A stretch of DNA of 64,000 nt from Minisyncoccia bacterium. Lineage in GTDB: Bacteria; Patescibacteriota; Minisyncoccia; Phycocordibacterales; UBA9973. The notes under the pieces are model-generated. The model did no database searches. It was not told the origin of the DNA and was given only the letters and a program-made list of their open reading frames with translations. Shown here piece after piece: positions 1 through 9,294 of this stretch. Made by a program: the position numbers and the translations under genes. Each line of letters starts with the position of its first letter. The first letter of the stretch is position 1. The stretch covers positions 252 to 64,251 of the forward strand of contig JBGATK010000004.1 of assembly GCA_044229265.1 (NCBI GenBank). Direction: 5' to 3'.

Positions 1-1
1 T

Positions 2-397
2 ACTAAAAGGGTGGGTATTGCTATTTCTGATGAAGATGGGAAATTTGCTTTCCCAAAAGAGGTTTTAAGTAATGATAAAAATCTGGTTTTTAAAATAAAA
101 GAAATTATTAAAAAAGAAAAAGTTTATAAAATAGTAATAGGAGAGTCTTTAGATGATACAAATCAGAGAAATAAATTAGAAGATGATATAGAGAAATTTA
201 TTAAAGTATTTGATTCGGAAATAAATTTACCAATTGCACGTGAAAAAGAATTCTTTACTTCTTTTGAAGCACACACCAGAGAAGGTAAAGAAAATAGAAA
301 CGATAGACTTAATAAAAAAGAAAAAACAAAAAACTTAGATTCTAAAGCCGCCGCAATTATTTTACAGAGATATTTAGACAGAATAAATAAAATATAA
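2..397 (+). CDS. ruvX: Holliday junction resolvase-like/pre-16S rRNA nuclease YqgF (5' truncated by window edge)
   Basis: TKRVGIAISD N-terminus, IVIGE, EFFTS, LDSKAAAIILQRYLD motifs. Confidence 0.85.
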   Translation, partial: TKRVGIAISDEDGKFAFPKEVLSNDKNLVFKIKEIIKKEKVYKIVIGESLDDTNQRNKLEDDIEKFIKVFDSEINLPIAREKEFFTSFEAHTREGKENRNDRLNKKEKTKNLDSKAAAIILQRYLDRINKI

Positions 398-403
398 AAA
401 TAT

Positions 404-763
404 ATGGAAGAAATTAAACAAGAAGAAAATATAAAAATAAGTATAGATGATTTTAAAAAAGTAGAACTTAAGCTTGGTAAAATCTTGAGTGCAGAAAAAG
501 TTCCCGAAACTGAAAAACTTTTAAAACTGTCAGTCGATTTGGGTGAAGAAAATCCTCGTCAAATAGTTTCAGGCATAGCAACTTATTTTCCAAATCCGCA
601 AGATTTGATCGGAGTAAAATGTATGTTTGTATCAAACCTAGCACCACGTGTGATTCGTGGCTTAGAATCAAATGGTATGATACTAGCTCTATCTACTCCT
701 GATGGTAAATTCTCCTTGCTTTCACCTTTTGGTGAAATAGAAGTTGGTACAAGTGCAAAATAA
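404..763 (+). CDS. Stand-alone tRNA-binding OB-fold protein (MetRS C-terminal/Trbp111-like)
   Basis: ISIDDFKKVELKLGKI, RQIVSGI, NLAPR, ESNGMILA. Confidence 0.85.
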   Translation: MEEIKQEENIKISIDDFKKVELKLGKILSAEKVPETEKLLKLSVDLGEENPRQIVSGIATYFPNPQDLIGVKCMFVSNLAPRVIRGLESNGMILALSTPDGKFSLLSPFGEIEVGTSAK

Positions 764-802
764 CTTTTCTTAAAAAAAATAAAGAGTTATAATATTATTG
801 TA

Positions 803-1885
803 ATGCTCAAAACGTCTTACAATAAATTTTTCCCTACACCAAGTTTCTTAGTTCCAAATTCTTTTGGTTTAGATCTTTCTGATGAGTCCTTGAAATTTGT
901 TAAATTGATTCGCACTAGTAAAGGAATAAAGCTTGCAAAATACGGAGAAATGAAAATTCCGACAGGTGTTATAGAGTCTGGTCGCATCAAAGACACTAAA
1001 CGCCTTGAAGATATACTTTCTACTTGGAAAAGAGAAAATAAAGTTGATTCAGTGCGAGTATCTGTACCAGAAGAGCAAGTTTATTTGTTTAAACTTTATT
1101 TATTAAAAGAAGGATTGAAAAGTGTACGTGAAGCCATAGAACTCTCACTCGAAGAACATATACCTGTGCCTGCTCCTGAAGCAGTTTTTGATTATGAAAT
1201 CTTGACTCAAGATGAAAATTCTCTAGAACTTCAAATAACTGCAATTTCTAAAAATGTTATTGATAATTATTTAGAAATTCTCGATCATAATAATATCCCT
1301 CTTAGTGCTTTCGAACTTGAGGCCGAATCTATAGCCCGCGCAGTTGTCAGCAGGGGAGATAAAGAAACTTATATGATAGTTGATTTCGGAGAGAAGAGAA
1401 CGGGTATTTTTATTATTTCTGATGGAGTGGTGGTTTTTACTTCTACTCTCGATTTTAGTGGTGAAATGTTAAATCAAGCAATAGTAAAAAGTTTCAAAGT
1501 TAATATAGAGGAAGCTGAAAAAATTAAAAGACAATACGGCCTGAAGCGCGATGCCTCAAATAGAGAAGTTTTTCCAGTTCTTTTAAATAGTGTTTCAATT
1601 TTACGCGACGAAGTCTCAAAGCATTTGCTTTATTGGCAAACTCATAAAGATGAAAAAGGAAAAACTAATCCTTTAATAAAGAAAATCATTCTTTGCGGTG
1701 GTGGCTCGAACTTAACTGGTCTCACAGAATATTTTTCAGTTAGTTTAAAAATACCTACAGAGCTAGCTGATGTTTGGCAAAATATAAATATGGTCGATAA
1801 AAAAATACCAGAAATGACTTTCCGTGAATCGCTTTCTTTTGCACCTTCACTTGGCCTAGCGCTTGGTAATTTTGATTATGATTAA
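803..1885 (+). CDS. pilM: PilM-like actin-fold pilus assembly protein (copy 1)
   Basis: FGLDLSD, IVDFGEKRT, ILCGGGS, ALGLAL-like C-terminus. Confidence 0.8.
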   Translation: MLKTSYNKFFPTPSFLVPNSFGLDLSDESLKFVKLIRTSKGIKLAKYGEMKIPTGVIESGRIKDTKRLEDILSTWKRENKVDSVRVSVPEEQVYLFKLYLLKEGLKSVREAIELSLEEHIPVPAPEAVFDYEILTQDENSLELQITAISKNVIDNYLEILDHNNIPLSAFELEAESIARAVVSRGDKETYMIVDFGEKRTGIFIISDGVVVFTSTLDFSGEMLNQAIVKSFKVNIEEAEKIKRQYGLKRDASNREVFPVLLNSVSILRDEVSKHLLYWQTHKDEKGKTNPLIKKIILCGGGSNLTGLTEYFSVSLKIPTELADVWQNINMVDKKIPEMTFRESLSFAPSLGLALGNFDYD

Positions 1886-2420
1886 TTTAACACCAAAAGA
1901 AGAGAGAAAAAAAATCAAAGGAGATTTTTATTTACGATTACTTATCGTATTTCTTTTTTCTGTTTCTATTTCGATAGTAATTTTTGATGTAGCCATGATT
2001 CCTGCATATTTTGCTGCTAAGATTTCTAAAGATGCGGTAGAGAAAAAATTAATTGATCAGAAAAATACTCCAGTGCCAGCCTTGGATATAGAAACTCAAA
2101 CCATTATTCAAAATATAAATTCCAGGATTAAAATAGTCAAAGATGTAGAACAAAATAAATTCTTGGTTTCAGAAAGAGTAATTAATCAAATATTACTTAA
2201 AAAAATGACAGACATAAAAATAAGTAGCATTGTTTATAATTCAGATAGCGGGTCCATAAAAAAAATCCAAATTACCGGCTCAGCACCTTCTCGTGAGCGA
2301 CTACTATTATTTCGCAGAGCTCTCGAAGAAAATACTTTATTTAAATCTGTAGATTTGCCTATTTCAAATTTTATTAAAGGATCGGATATTATTTTTTCTT
2401 TAACCCTTTCACCAGCTTAA
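1878..2420 (+). CDS. PilN-like protein
   Basis: MINLTP start overlapping pilM stop, single TM, ITGSAPSRE...F C-terminal domain; position after pilM. Confidence 0.65.
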   Translation: MINLTPKEERKKIKGDFYLRLLIVFLFSVSISIVIFDVAMIPAYFAAKISKDAVEKKLIDQKNTPVPALDIETQTIIQNINSRIKIVKDVEQNKFLVSERVINQILLKKMTDIKISSIVYNSDSGSIKKIQITGSAPSRERLLLFRRALEENTLFKSVDLPISNFIKGSDIIFSLTLSPA

Positions 2421-2421
2421 T

Positions 2422-2949
2422 ATGAAAAAGACACATTACATTTATACATTTTTATCTTTTATTTTACTTATTTGTGTATCAGTAGGCACTTATTTTTCTT
2501 ATAAAAAGATTTTGTCTGTTAAAGAAGATATAGCGCAAAAACAATCCGAGTGGCAAATAGAAGAGAATCGCAGAAATGAAATAAAGAATTTAGAGCGTTC
2601 TGTTAAGAATTTAGCAGAGGAGAAAAAAGACTTAGATTCACACTTTGTCGCGAGCGATGATCCTGTAGCATTTTTAAATAGTTTGGAATCGATGGCTCTT
2701 TCCGTGGGGGCAGTGGCAGAAGTATCTACAGTAGGTACAAATAATGATGCTGGTTTAGTTGTAAATCTTAGAGCTACTGGAGGTTTTGATTCATTGTATA
2801 AATTTTTGACTTTAATAGAAAATTCTCACTATATAATGGAAATTCAGAATATGGCAATGTCTACTAATGTTCCTGAAATAAAAAGTACCAATGTTAGTAA
2901 GTGGGACATGAGTGTTCAATTAAAATTAACAACCTTTTCAAATATTTAA
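2422..2949 (+). CDS. PilO-like protein
   Basis: N-terminal TM, coiled coil, GGFDSLYKFLTLIEN motif. Confidence 0.6.
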   Translation: MKKTHYIYTFLSFILLICVSVGTYFSYKKILSVKEDIAQKQSEWQIEENRRNEIKNLERSVKNLAEEKKDLDSHFVASDDPVAFLNSLESMALSVGAVAEVSTVGTNNDAGLVVNLRATGGFDSLYKFLTLIENSHYIMEIQNMAMSTNVPEIKSTNVSKWDMSVQLKLTTFSNI

Positions 2950-2950
2950 T

Positions 2951-3271
2951 ATGAAATTTGATTTAAAATTACAAATGTCAAAAAAGGGTGAAAAGAGAAT
3001 TTTCTCAAAGGAGAAAATTCAGATTAATCCTGATAAATATTGGATTTTTGTATTAATTTTTAATTTTTTAATTATAGTAGGTGCTTTTGTTTTTGGATAT
3101 TTTATGTTCACCAATGCAAGCATAGAGCTAAATACCGAAGAGCCTGTTTCAAATAAACAAGGAGTTAATGAAAAGAAGCTCGAAGAGGTTTTGAATTTTT
3201 TTGAGATAAGAAAAGAAAAAAGTGAAAAAATTATATTAGCTCCACTAGAGAAAGTTGACCCTTCGATATAA
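2951..3271 (+). CDS. Single-TM hypothetical protein ending the pilMNO-like operon
   Basis: ORF with one TM; 1-nt spacing from the upstream gene. Confidence 0.6.
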   Translation: MKFDLKLQMSKKGEKRIFSKEKIQINPDKYWIFVLIFNFLIIVGAFVFGYFMFTNASIELNTEEPVSNKQGVNEKKLEEVLNFFEIRKEKSEKIILAPLEKVDPSI

Positions 3272-3294
3272 AAATGTTAATTTGATTTGTATAT

Positions 3295-3367
3295 GCGCGA
3301 CTAGCTCAGTTGGTAGAGCAACCCGTTTACACCGGGAAGGTCATAGGTTCGAGTCCTGTGTCGCGCA
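3295..3367 (+). tRNA. tRNA-Val(TAC)
   Basis: Acceptor GCGCGAC/GTCGCGC, D arm GCTC..GAGC, loop TTTACAC, GGTTCGAGTCC; no encoded CCA. Confidence 0.95.
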
Positions 3368-3376
3368 CTAGCAATT

Positions 3377-3448
3377 GCCTTCGTAGTTCAATGGATAGAA
3401 CAGAGCTCTTCTAAGGCTTTGATGTAGGTTCGATTCCTACCGAAGGCA
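3377..3448 (+). tRNA. tRNA-Arg(TCT)
   Basis: Acceptor GCCTTCG/CGAAGGC, loop CTTCTAA, GGTTCGATTCC; no encoded CCA. Confidence 0.95.
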
Positions 3449-3449
3449 C

Positions 3450-4109
3450 ATGGAAATTAAAATTCTTTACGAAGATGAAAATATACTCGCTATAGATAAG
3501 CCTTCATCTATTTTAGTGCATCCTGATGAAAGGAGCAGTGAAGAAACTATTCTAGATATTTTTTTAAAAAAGTATCCTGAAATTGAAATAGTACATAGAC
3601 TTGATTATGAAACTTCAGGAGTAATGTTGCTCGCTAAAAATAAAGTTGCTCATGAATTTTTAAAAAAACAATTTCAAGATAGGGAAATTAAAAAAACTTA
3701 TCTCACATTGGTATATGGTGATTTAAAAAAAGATTTCGGTGTGATAGATCAGCCTATCGGGCGCTCGCCATCAGACTTTCGGCGTAGGCTCGCTGGTCGT
3801 GGCGCAAGGGGAGAGATGAGAGAATCGATAACAGAATACAAAGTTTTAAAAAGGCTCGAGATAGAAGGTCAGAAATATACTTTAGTGGAAGTAATGCCAA
3901 AAACTGGCCGTACGCACCAGATACGGGTGCATATGAAATATCTGAGTTATCCGGTAGTATGCGACAAACTTTACGCTCCTAAAAATTTGTGCCCAAGCAT
4001 TTTGGGGCGCCTCATGCTTCATGCGAAATCCATTGAATTTAAAGCTTTAAATAATGAAATAATTAAAGTAGAATCACCTTTGCCACCCGTGTTTTCTAAA
4101 ATGCTATAA
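3450..4109 (+). CDS. RluA/RluD-family pseudouridine synthase
   Basis: IVHRLDYETSGVML, TGRTHQIRVH, LMLHA. Confidence 0.9.
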   Translation: MEIKILYEDENILAIDKPSSILVHPDERSSEETILDIFLKKYPEIEIVHRLDYETSGVMLLAKNKVAHEFLKKQFQDREIKKTYLTLVYGDLKKDFGVIDQPIGRSPSDFRRRLAGRGARGEMRESITEYKVLKRLEIEGQKYTLVEVMPKTGRTHQIRVHMKYLSYPVVCDKLYAPKNLCPSILGRLMLHAKSIEFKALNNEIIKVESPLPPVFSKML

Positions 4110-4149
4110 TATTAACGACATATATTCATCGTTAATTAAATATTAAAAA

Positions 4150-5223
4150 ATGAAAAATTTACTTTTCTATTGTCTTTTCTTTTGGGTAAATTTTTCATTT
4201 ACTCAAAATAGTATTCCGGACACTCAAAAAATATTTTCTTACATAAAAGGGAATTTGCCTTTAAATAAAGAAAATATTAATTTTCTTTCTAAACACAGAA
4301 TAGAGTATTCATACTTTTGGCTCTTGCGCGACAGCAGTGCTCTTTGTGCAAGGAAAAATTTAGCAAAGTATAAAGAAATTTTTGAAAAAATTGAAAAAGA
4401 ATTTTCTTTTTCAAAAAACAGATTACAAAAAATTTCTTTCGTAGAATCTTATGGCAGAGATTCTATTGGTAGTTATGCCGGCGCATTGGGTCTTATGCAA
4501 TTCATGCCAAAAACTGCCAGGGAATATGGGCTTAAGGTAAATAAAAAGCTAAGTCTCGACGAGCGTCTTATCCCAGAAAAAGCTATATTTGCTTCGGCTA
4601 AATACTTGGCAAAGGCAGATAATGTTTTTGACAATGAAGATATGGCTAATGCCTCGTATCACATGGGTTTTGGAAATATGTATAAAGTTTTAGCATTTTA
4701 TTTAGCTGACATAGAAAGAATTTTTGTAAAAGTCGGCAAAGATAATGCTAAATATTTTGTACGGAAATACGATATAAATATGGAGAAGATTTATTTTCTG
4801 GCTCGGCCACATACCAAACTTTACGATTTTCTGTCGAGTTTAAAAGATAACTCCATGAGTTATTTTTGGGGCATAAAGTCTGCGGGTAATTTACTTGAAA
4901 TGGATGATATGGAGTATGATTATTTATATTGGTCATTTCGAAATGTTTTTGATCCGAGTGCAAAAGCTCCAGCTAGGTACTTTACTCAAGCTTGGTGTAG
5001 GGAAGGGGTTGAGTGTGAAGAAGATATGTTCAATCAAGAGTATTTTATGTCTTTAAATTTACCCAAAGAAAAAATGGCTAAAATTGATTCTGTTTTTATT
5101 TTGCGTCAACTTTCTGAATTAGCACTTTTGTCTTTTCGTGAAGTAAATTCGAATTTACACATTGTGTTTTCTCCGCATTTTCCTGTAGGAGATGAATTCA
5201 AAAATTTATTTTTTAAAAATTAA
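4150..5223 (+). CDS. Secreted lytic transglycosylase (SLT domain)
   Basis: Signal peptide, VES, GALGLMQFMPKTA, ASYHMG. Confidence 0.8.
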   Translation: MKNLLFYCLFFWVNFSFTQNSIPDTQKIFSYIKGNLPLNKENINFLSKHRIEYSYFWLLRDSSALCARKNLAKYKEIFEKIEKEFSFSKNRLQKISFVESYGRDSIGSYAGALGLMQFMPKTAREYGLKVNKKLSLDERLIPEKAIFASAKYLAKADNVFDNEDMANASYHMGFGNMYKVLAFYLADIERIFVKVGKDNAKYFVRKYDINMEKIYFLARPHTKLYDFLSSLKDNSMSYFWGIKSAGNLLEMDDMEYDYLYWSFRNVFDPSAKAPARYFTQAWCREGVECEEDMFNQEYFMSLNLPKEKMAKIDSVFILRQLSELALLSFREVNSNLHIVFSPHFPVGDEFKNLFFKN

Positions 5224-5247
5224 ATTTTAATTGTGATAAATCCTAAT

Positions 5248-5323
5248 ATACACTGTCAAAACGTTGCCAGTGTATTTTTTTTGTAATAAAAAATGCACTT
5301 ACGATTTACAATTGTAAGTGCAT
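5248..5323. terminator. Pair of intrinsic terminators between convergent genes
   Basis: ATACACTG..CAGTGTAT plus T-tract (+); ATGCACTTAC..GTAAGTGCAT preceded by an A-tract (-). Confidence 0.7.
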
Positions 5324-5343
5324 AATACCATCTGGCAAATATT

Positions 5344-6072
5344 TTAAAAAATTTCTCCATCGTCATATGGACTTATTTTTAATTTTGATCCATAGTGAAT
5401 AATGATCTTTTTTAAAAATCTGGTATCTGTGCGGAAGGGCAGAATGGTGGAAAATTCCCCCAATGTTATTGATTTACCCCCATTCCCATGGAGGATTTTT
5501 CTAATTTGTTTTGCTTCTAAATTAGAAGTATTCACTTTCTCTATTTCACATTCTATGGTTTCATTTCCATTTTTACCATTTATTTCTGTGTGAAAAAGAA
5601 GTTCCACGTAGTGTGTCTGCTCAAGACATGTTTTGAGCAAGTTCCGACTTCTTTTTATAAAATCTATGAACAGAGTTGATGCCTCATTTTTCGCATCTGC
5701 AAAAGGGTTTATATCTCTTCCAGAAGGAAGGAAAGGCAGAACACCTAAAACACTATCTGTGCGAATTACATAGTTATGCAATTCATCGGATAATATTCTG
5801 GTCACTGGATCTTTTGCAGATTCAATGGTTATCAAATTGCCATTAATTTCTTTCGCTAATCCAGAAAATTCTAATTTTTCTCCTAGTTCACCATCAGTAT
5901 TCATCCTGGCTATTAGAAAGTACACGGTTTTGTTGATATTTTTTGAAATATATTTTTTAAATATTTCCGTGTGGTTTACATACTCTTGACTGAATGCCAT
6001 GAGTTCTATTGGTGAAACTGTACCCGAATTTTTAAGCTCTAGGGTTATAGAGCGTTTTTCTTGCGTTAACAT
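5344..6072 (-). CDS. Hypothetical protein
   Basis: 242-aa ORF with its own promoter-like TTGACT..TAATAT and a terminator; no motif recognised. Confidence 0.65.
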   Translation of the reverse strand: MLTQEKRSITLELKNSGTVSPIELMAFSQEYVNHTEIFKKYISKNINKTVYFLIARMNTDGELGEKLEFSGLAKEINGNLITIESAKDPVTRILSDELHNYVIRTDSVLGVLPFLPSGRDINPFADAKNEASTLFIDFIKRSRNLLKTCLEQTHYVELLFHTEINGKNGNETIECEIEKVNTSNLEAKQIRKILHGNGGKSITLGEFSTILPFRTDTRFLKKIIIHYGSKLKISPYDDGEIF

Positions 6073-6183
6073 ATTTTATAATTTACAAGGTTCTTGAATT
6101 TTTTTGTCATTTTGATATTACAATTATTCTCTATCAGAGTCAAATATTTGCCAAAAAAATAACTTTCTGCTATAGTATGGGGC

Positions 6184-6612
6184 ATGACAAAGACAGCAAT
6201 AAAAGCTATTAAATGGAGCCCGGTTGATATGGAAGCACGTAAAAACCTTGATTTTAAGTCAGGTGATACTATTCGTGTTTGGAATAAAATCGTGGATGAA
6301 AAAGGCAAATCTCGCTTGCAGGCTTTCGAAGGCATAGTGCTTGCTCGTAAGCATGGCGCAGAAATAGGAGCTACTTTTACAGTAAGAAAAGTTACCCTAA
6401 GTGTCGGTGTAGAGAGAATTTTTCCGCTTTATTCACCAATGATAGACAAGATAGAAATTATAAAAAAAGCAAATGCTCGCCGAAGTAAACTATATTACAT
6501 AAGAAACAAAGCAGTTCGCGATGTTCGCAAAAAACTTCGCTCTACAACCCTAGAAATTTCTGATACAGAAGATGTAGCAGTAGAAGGCTCGACCGAAATA
6601 CCTAAAGCATAA
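6184..6612 (+). CDS. rplS: 50S ribosomal protein L19
   Basis: GDTIRV, RLQAFEGIV, TFTVRK, GVERIFPLYSP, RRSKLYYIR. Confidence 0.97.
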   Translation: MTKTAIKAIKWSPVDMEARKNLDFKSGDTIRVWNKIVDEKGKSRLQAFEGIVLARKHGAEIGATFTVRKVTLSVGVERIFPLYSPMIDKIEIIKKANARRSKLYYIRNKAVRDVRKKLRSTTLEISDTEDVAVEGSTEIPKA

Positions 6613-6634
6613 CTTTTGCAGGCGGGAAAAGCTT

Positions 6635-6676
6635 AAAAAATAAAACTCTGATTAAAAATCAGGGTTTTATTTTTTT
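6635..6676 (+). terminator. Intrinsic terminator after rplS
   Basis: AAAAAATAAAACTCTGATT..AATCAGGGTTTTATTTTTT. Confidence 0.75.
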
Positions 6677-6701
6677 GAAAATATGCTAGACTCTAAAACA
6701 T

Positions 6702-6783
6702 GCCCGGGTGTTGAAATTGGTAGACAAGTACCCTTGAGGTGGGTATGCCGTAAGGTGTGCTGGTTCGAGTCCAGTCCCGGGCA
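6702..6783 (+). tRNA. tRNA-Leu(GAG)
   Basis: GCCCGGG/CCCGGGC, stem TACCC/GGGTA, loop TTGAGGT, long variable arm, GGTTCGAGTCC. Confidence 0.95.
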
Positions 6784-6792
6784 CAAAATATT

Positions 6793-7488
6793 ATGGAAAC
6801 TTTAAAACCAAACATTGGTAAAAATTTAAATATTGAATGGAATGGCAAGAACTACCAAAGGCTTCCAATAAAAACGCATGTAGTTGTAGCAGGGGAAGAT
6901 ATAGTGTCCATTGTAAAAAAATATACAATACCATATTTGCAAACAGGGGATTATATTTTTATTAGTGAGCGTATTGTGGCTATAGCACAGGGTAGAGCTT
7001 TTCCTATTTCTGAAATTTATCCTTCAAAATTGGCAAATTTCTTAGTGCGTTTTGTACATAAATCTCCATACGGTATTGGGCTTGGTAGTCCATGGACTAT
7101 GGAGCTCGCTATTCGTGAAGCAGGTGCTTTTCGAATACTTCTTGGTGCATTTATTTCTGCAATTACAAAGCCATTTGGTTTGCGCGGAGTTTTTTATAAT
7201 ATTGTTGGTAATAATATAAATGCTATTGATGGTCCTTGTGAATATACTTTGCCCCCATACAATGGTTATGCAAAACTCGGACCCAAAGATCCAGACAAGG
7301 TGGCAAAACAAATAAAATTAGCTACAGGTCACGATGTGGTAATCATAGATGCAAACGATTTAGGGGTAAATATCCTAGGCAGGTCAGATAAAGATATACC
7401 TTTGGATTTCTCTCAAGCAGTTTTTAAAGACAATCCACTAGGACAAAGCAAAGAGCAAACACCTATATGTATTGTTCGGTTATCTTAG
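6793..7488 (+). CDS. Coenzyme F420:L-glutamate ligase (CofE)-like family protein
   Basis: PIKTHVV..GD.IFISERIVAIAQGR, IIDANDLG, DNPLGQS.EQTP; start moved to the ATG after the tRNA. Confidence 0.7.
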   Translation: METLKPNIGKNLNIEWNGKNYQRLPIKTHVVVAGEDIVSIVKKYTIPYLQTGDYIFISERIVAIAQGRAFPISEIYPSKLANFLVRFVHKSPYGIGLGSPWTMELAIREAGAFRILLGAFISAITKPFGLRGVFYNIVGNNINAIDGPCEYTLPPYNGYAKLGPKDPDKVAKQIKLATGHDVVIIDANDLGVNILGRSDKDIPLDFSQAVFKDNPLGQSKEQTPICIVRLS

Positions 7489-7536
7489 TATTTGTTCCTT
7501 TCTTTTATTTTTTAAATAATTTACAATATAATATAT

Positions 7537-8064
7537 ATGAACAAAATATTAATCGGTGCAATTATCTTGGTATTTTTATTGATTTTAGGTTTTTATGTTT
7601 TTGATAAAAATAAAACTAATACAGAAAATAATAGAGAAAATTCTAGTGAGGTAGCATTCCCAGATATAAATGAAGTAAATCAAAATACAATAGATGAAAA
7701 TAAGGTAACAGAAAAAGAACCAGAAATAGCAGATGACACAAATTTTGCATCAGTAGGTTCATACGAAACTTATTCTCCAGAAAAAATAGCTGAAAAGAGT
7801 AAAAATAGTAGAGTTGTGCTTTTTTTTAATGCTACTTGGTGTCCGACTTGCCGGGCGCTTGATCGTAATATAAAAGCAAATCTCTCTCAAATCCCAGGTG
7901 ATATAACTATACTTTCTGTCGATTATGATACCTATAAAGATTTAGAAAAAAAGTATGGGGTCACATATCAACATACTTTAGTGCAAGTAGATGCTGAAGG
8001 AAACATGGTGAAGAAATGGTCCGGCAGTTCTTCTTTGTCTAAACTTGTGCAAGAAGTAAAATAA
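7537..8064 (+). CDS. Membrane-anchored thioredoxin-family protein
   Basis: N-terminal TM, FNATWCPTC, YGVTYQHT. Confidence 0.85.
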   Translation: MNKILIGAIILVFLLILGFYVFDKNKTNTENNRENSSEVAFPDINEVNQNTIDENKVTEKEPEIADDTNFASVGSYETYSPEKIAEKSKNSRVVLFFNATWCPTCRALDRNIKANLSQIPGDITILSVDYDTYKDLEKKYGVTYQHTLVQVDAEGNMVKKWSGSSSLSKLVQEVK

Positions 8065-8071
8065 AATAAAA

Positions 8072-8806
8072 ATGACATTTTTATTTATATCATTTATAGC
8101 AGGGGTTCTCACAATACTCGCTCCGTGTATTTTACCTATGATACCTGTGGTGATAGGGCATTCACTTTCAGAACCATCAGTTTCTAGGCGGAGATTATTT
8201 TTTGTGGTGAGCTCTCTGTTTTTTTCAGTAATTATTTTTACTTTACTTATTAAAGCTAGCACTGCCTTTGTGCAAATTCCACAAGTTTTTTGGACTTATT
8301 TTTCAGGAGGAATTATAACTATATTTGGAATATTGACAGTATTTCCAGATGTCTGGGCGAGATTTAGTTTTGTGAATTTTGTAAATCAAAAATCAAATAT
8401 AGCTTTAGCAGAAGGTTATAAAAAGAATAATATTTGGGGCGACGCTATAGTGGGTGCCTCACTAGGTCCCATATTTTCTGCTTGTTCGCCGACTTATTTT
8501 ATTATTCTAGCTACAGTATTGCCAGCATCTTTTTTAAAAGGGTTGTTGTATTTGATAGTTTATGCATTTGGGTTAACACTGTCTTTTTTATTAATAGGTC
8601 TTTTGGGTCAAAAAATCATAAATACGGTAGGGGTAGCTAGTGATTCAAAAGGTGTTTTTAAAAAAGTGCTCGGAATTTTATTTATCATAATAGGTCTTTT
8701 AGTCTTAACAGGATACGATAAAAAATTTCAAACATATTTATTGGACAAAGGTTATTTTGACGCTACTCGAATAGAACAAAAATTACTAGACGATATGAAA
8801 TCATAG
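8072..8806 (+). CDS. ccdA: CcdA/DsbD-type transmembrane electron transporter
   Basis: AGVLTILAPCILPMIP and SACSPT cysteine motifs, multi-TM. Confidence 0.85.
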   Translation: MTFLFISFIAGVLTILAPCILPMIPVVIGHSLSEPSVSRRRLFFVVSSLFFSVIIFTLLIKASTAFVQIPQVFWTYFSGGIITIFGILTVFPDVWARFSFVNFVNQKSNIALAEGYKKNNIWGDAIVGASLGPIFSACSPTYFIILATVLPASFLKGLLYLIVYAFGLTLSFLLIGLLGQKIINTVGVASDSKGVFKKVLGILFIIIGLLVLTGYDKKFQTYLLDKGYFDATRIEQKLLDDMKS

Positions 8807-8841
8807 TTTACCGAAATCTTTTATTTTGATATAATTTTTTT

Positions 8842-9294
8842 ATGAACAAAACAGACGAATTTTTACTGCGTTTGGCAATTTTTATTTTGGTGAGTGCTGG
8901 GTATTTTGTGGCTAGGCATATTTATAATCACAAAAAGGCAGATAAACCTCTAGTATGTCCAATACGCTTTGACTGCAATGCTGTGGTTAGTAGTGATTAT
9001 TCAAAATTCTTAGGAATTCCTCTTGAGATCTTAGGCATGTATTACTACGCAGTGCATTCTTTGTTGTATTTACTTATTATTTTTTGGTATCAATTTGTGC
9101 CTCTTTGGTTTATAGGGCTTTTGGTATTATCTTCTATAGTTTCTTTTTTGTTTTCAGTTTATTTAATTTTAGTGCAACTCCTAATTTTGAAAAAAGGATG
9201 TTCTTGGTGTTTTGTTTCAGCTACTATTTGTATTTTGGTTTTTATTTTAAATATTTTAATTTACGATTTATCTACTTTGTTTTTGAATTTTTAA
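8842..9294 (+). CDS. Vitamin K epoxide reductase (VKOR) family protein
   Basis: CPIRFDCNAVVSSDYSKFLGIP and CSWC motifs. Confidence 0.9.
   Translation: MNKTDEFLLRLAIFILVSAGYFVARHIYNHKKADKPLVCPIRFDCNAVVSSDYSKFLGIPLEILGMYYYAVHSLLYLLIIFWYQFVPLWFIGLLVLSSIVSFLFSVYLILVQLLILKKGCSWCFVSATICILVFILNILIYDLSTLFLNF

Noticed and set aside
6757-6792. ORF-track N-terminal extension of the CofE-like gene
   Set aside because: Overlaps tRNA-Leu; ATG at 6793 is more plausible.
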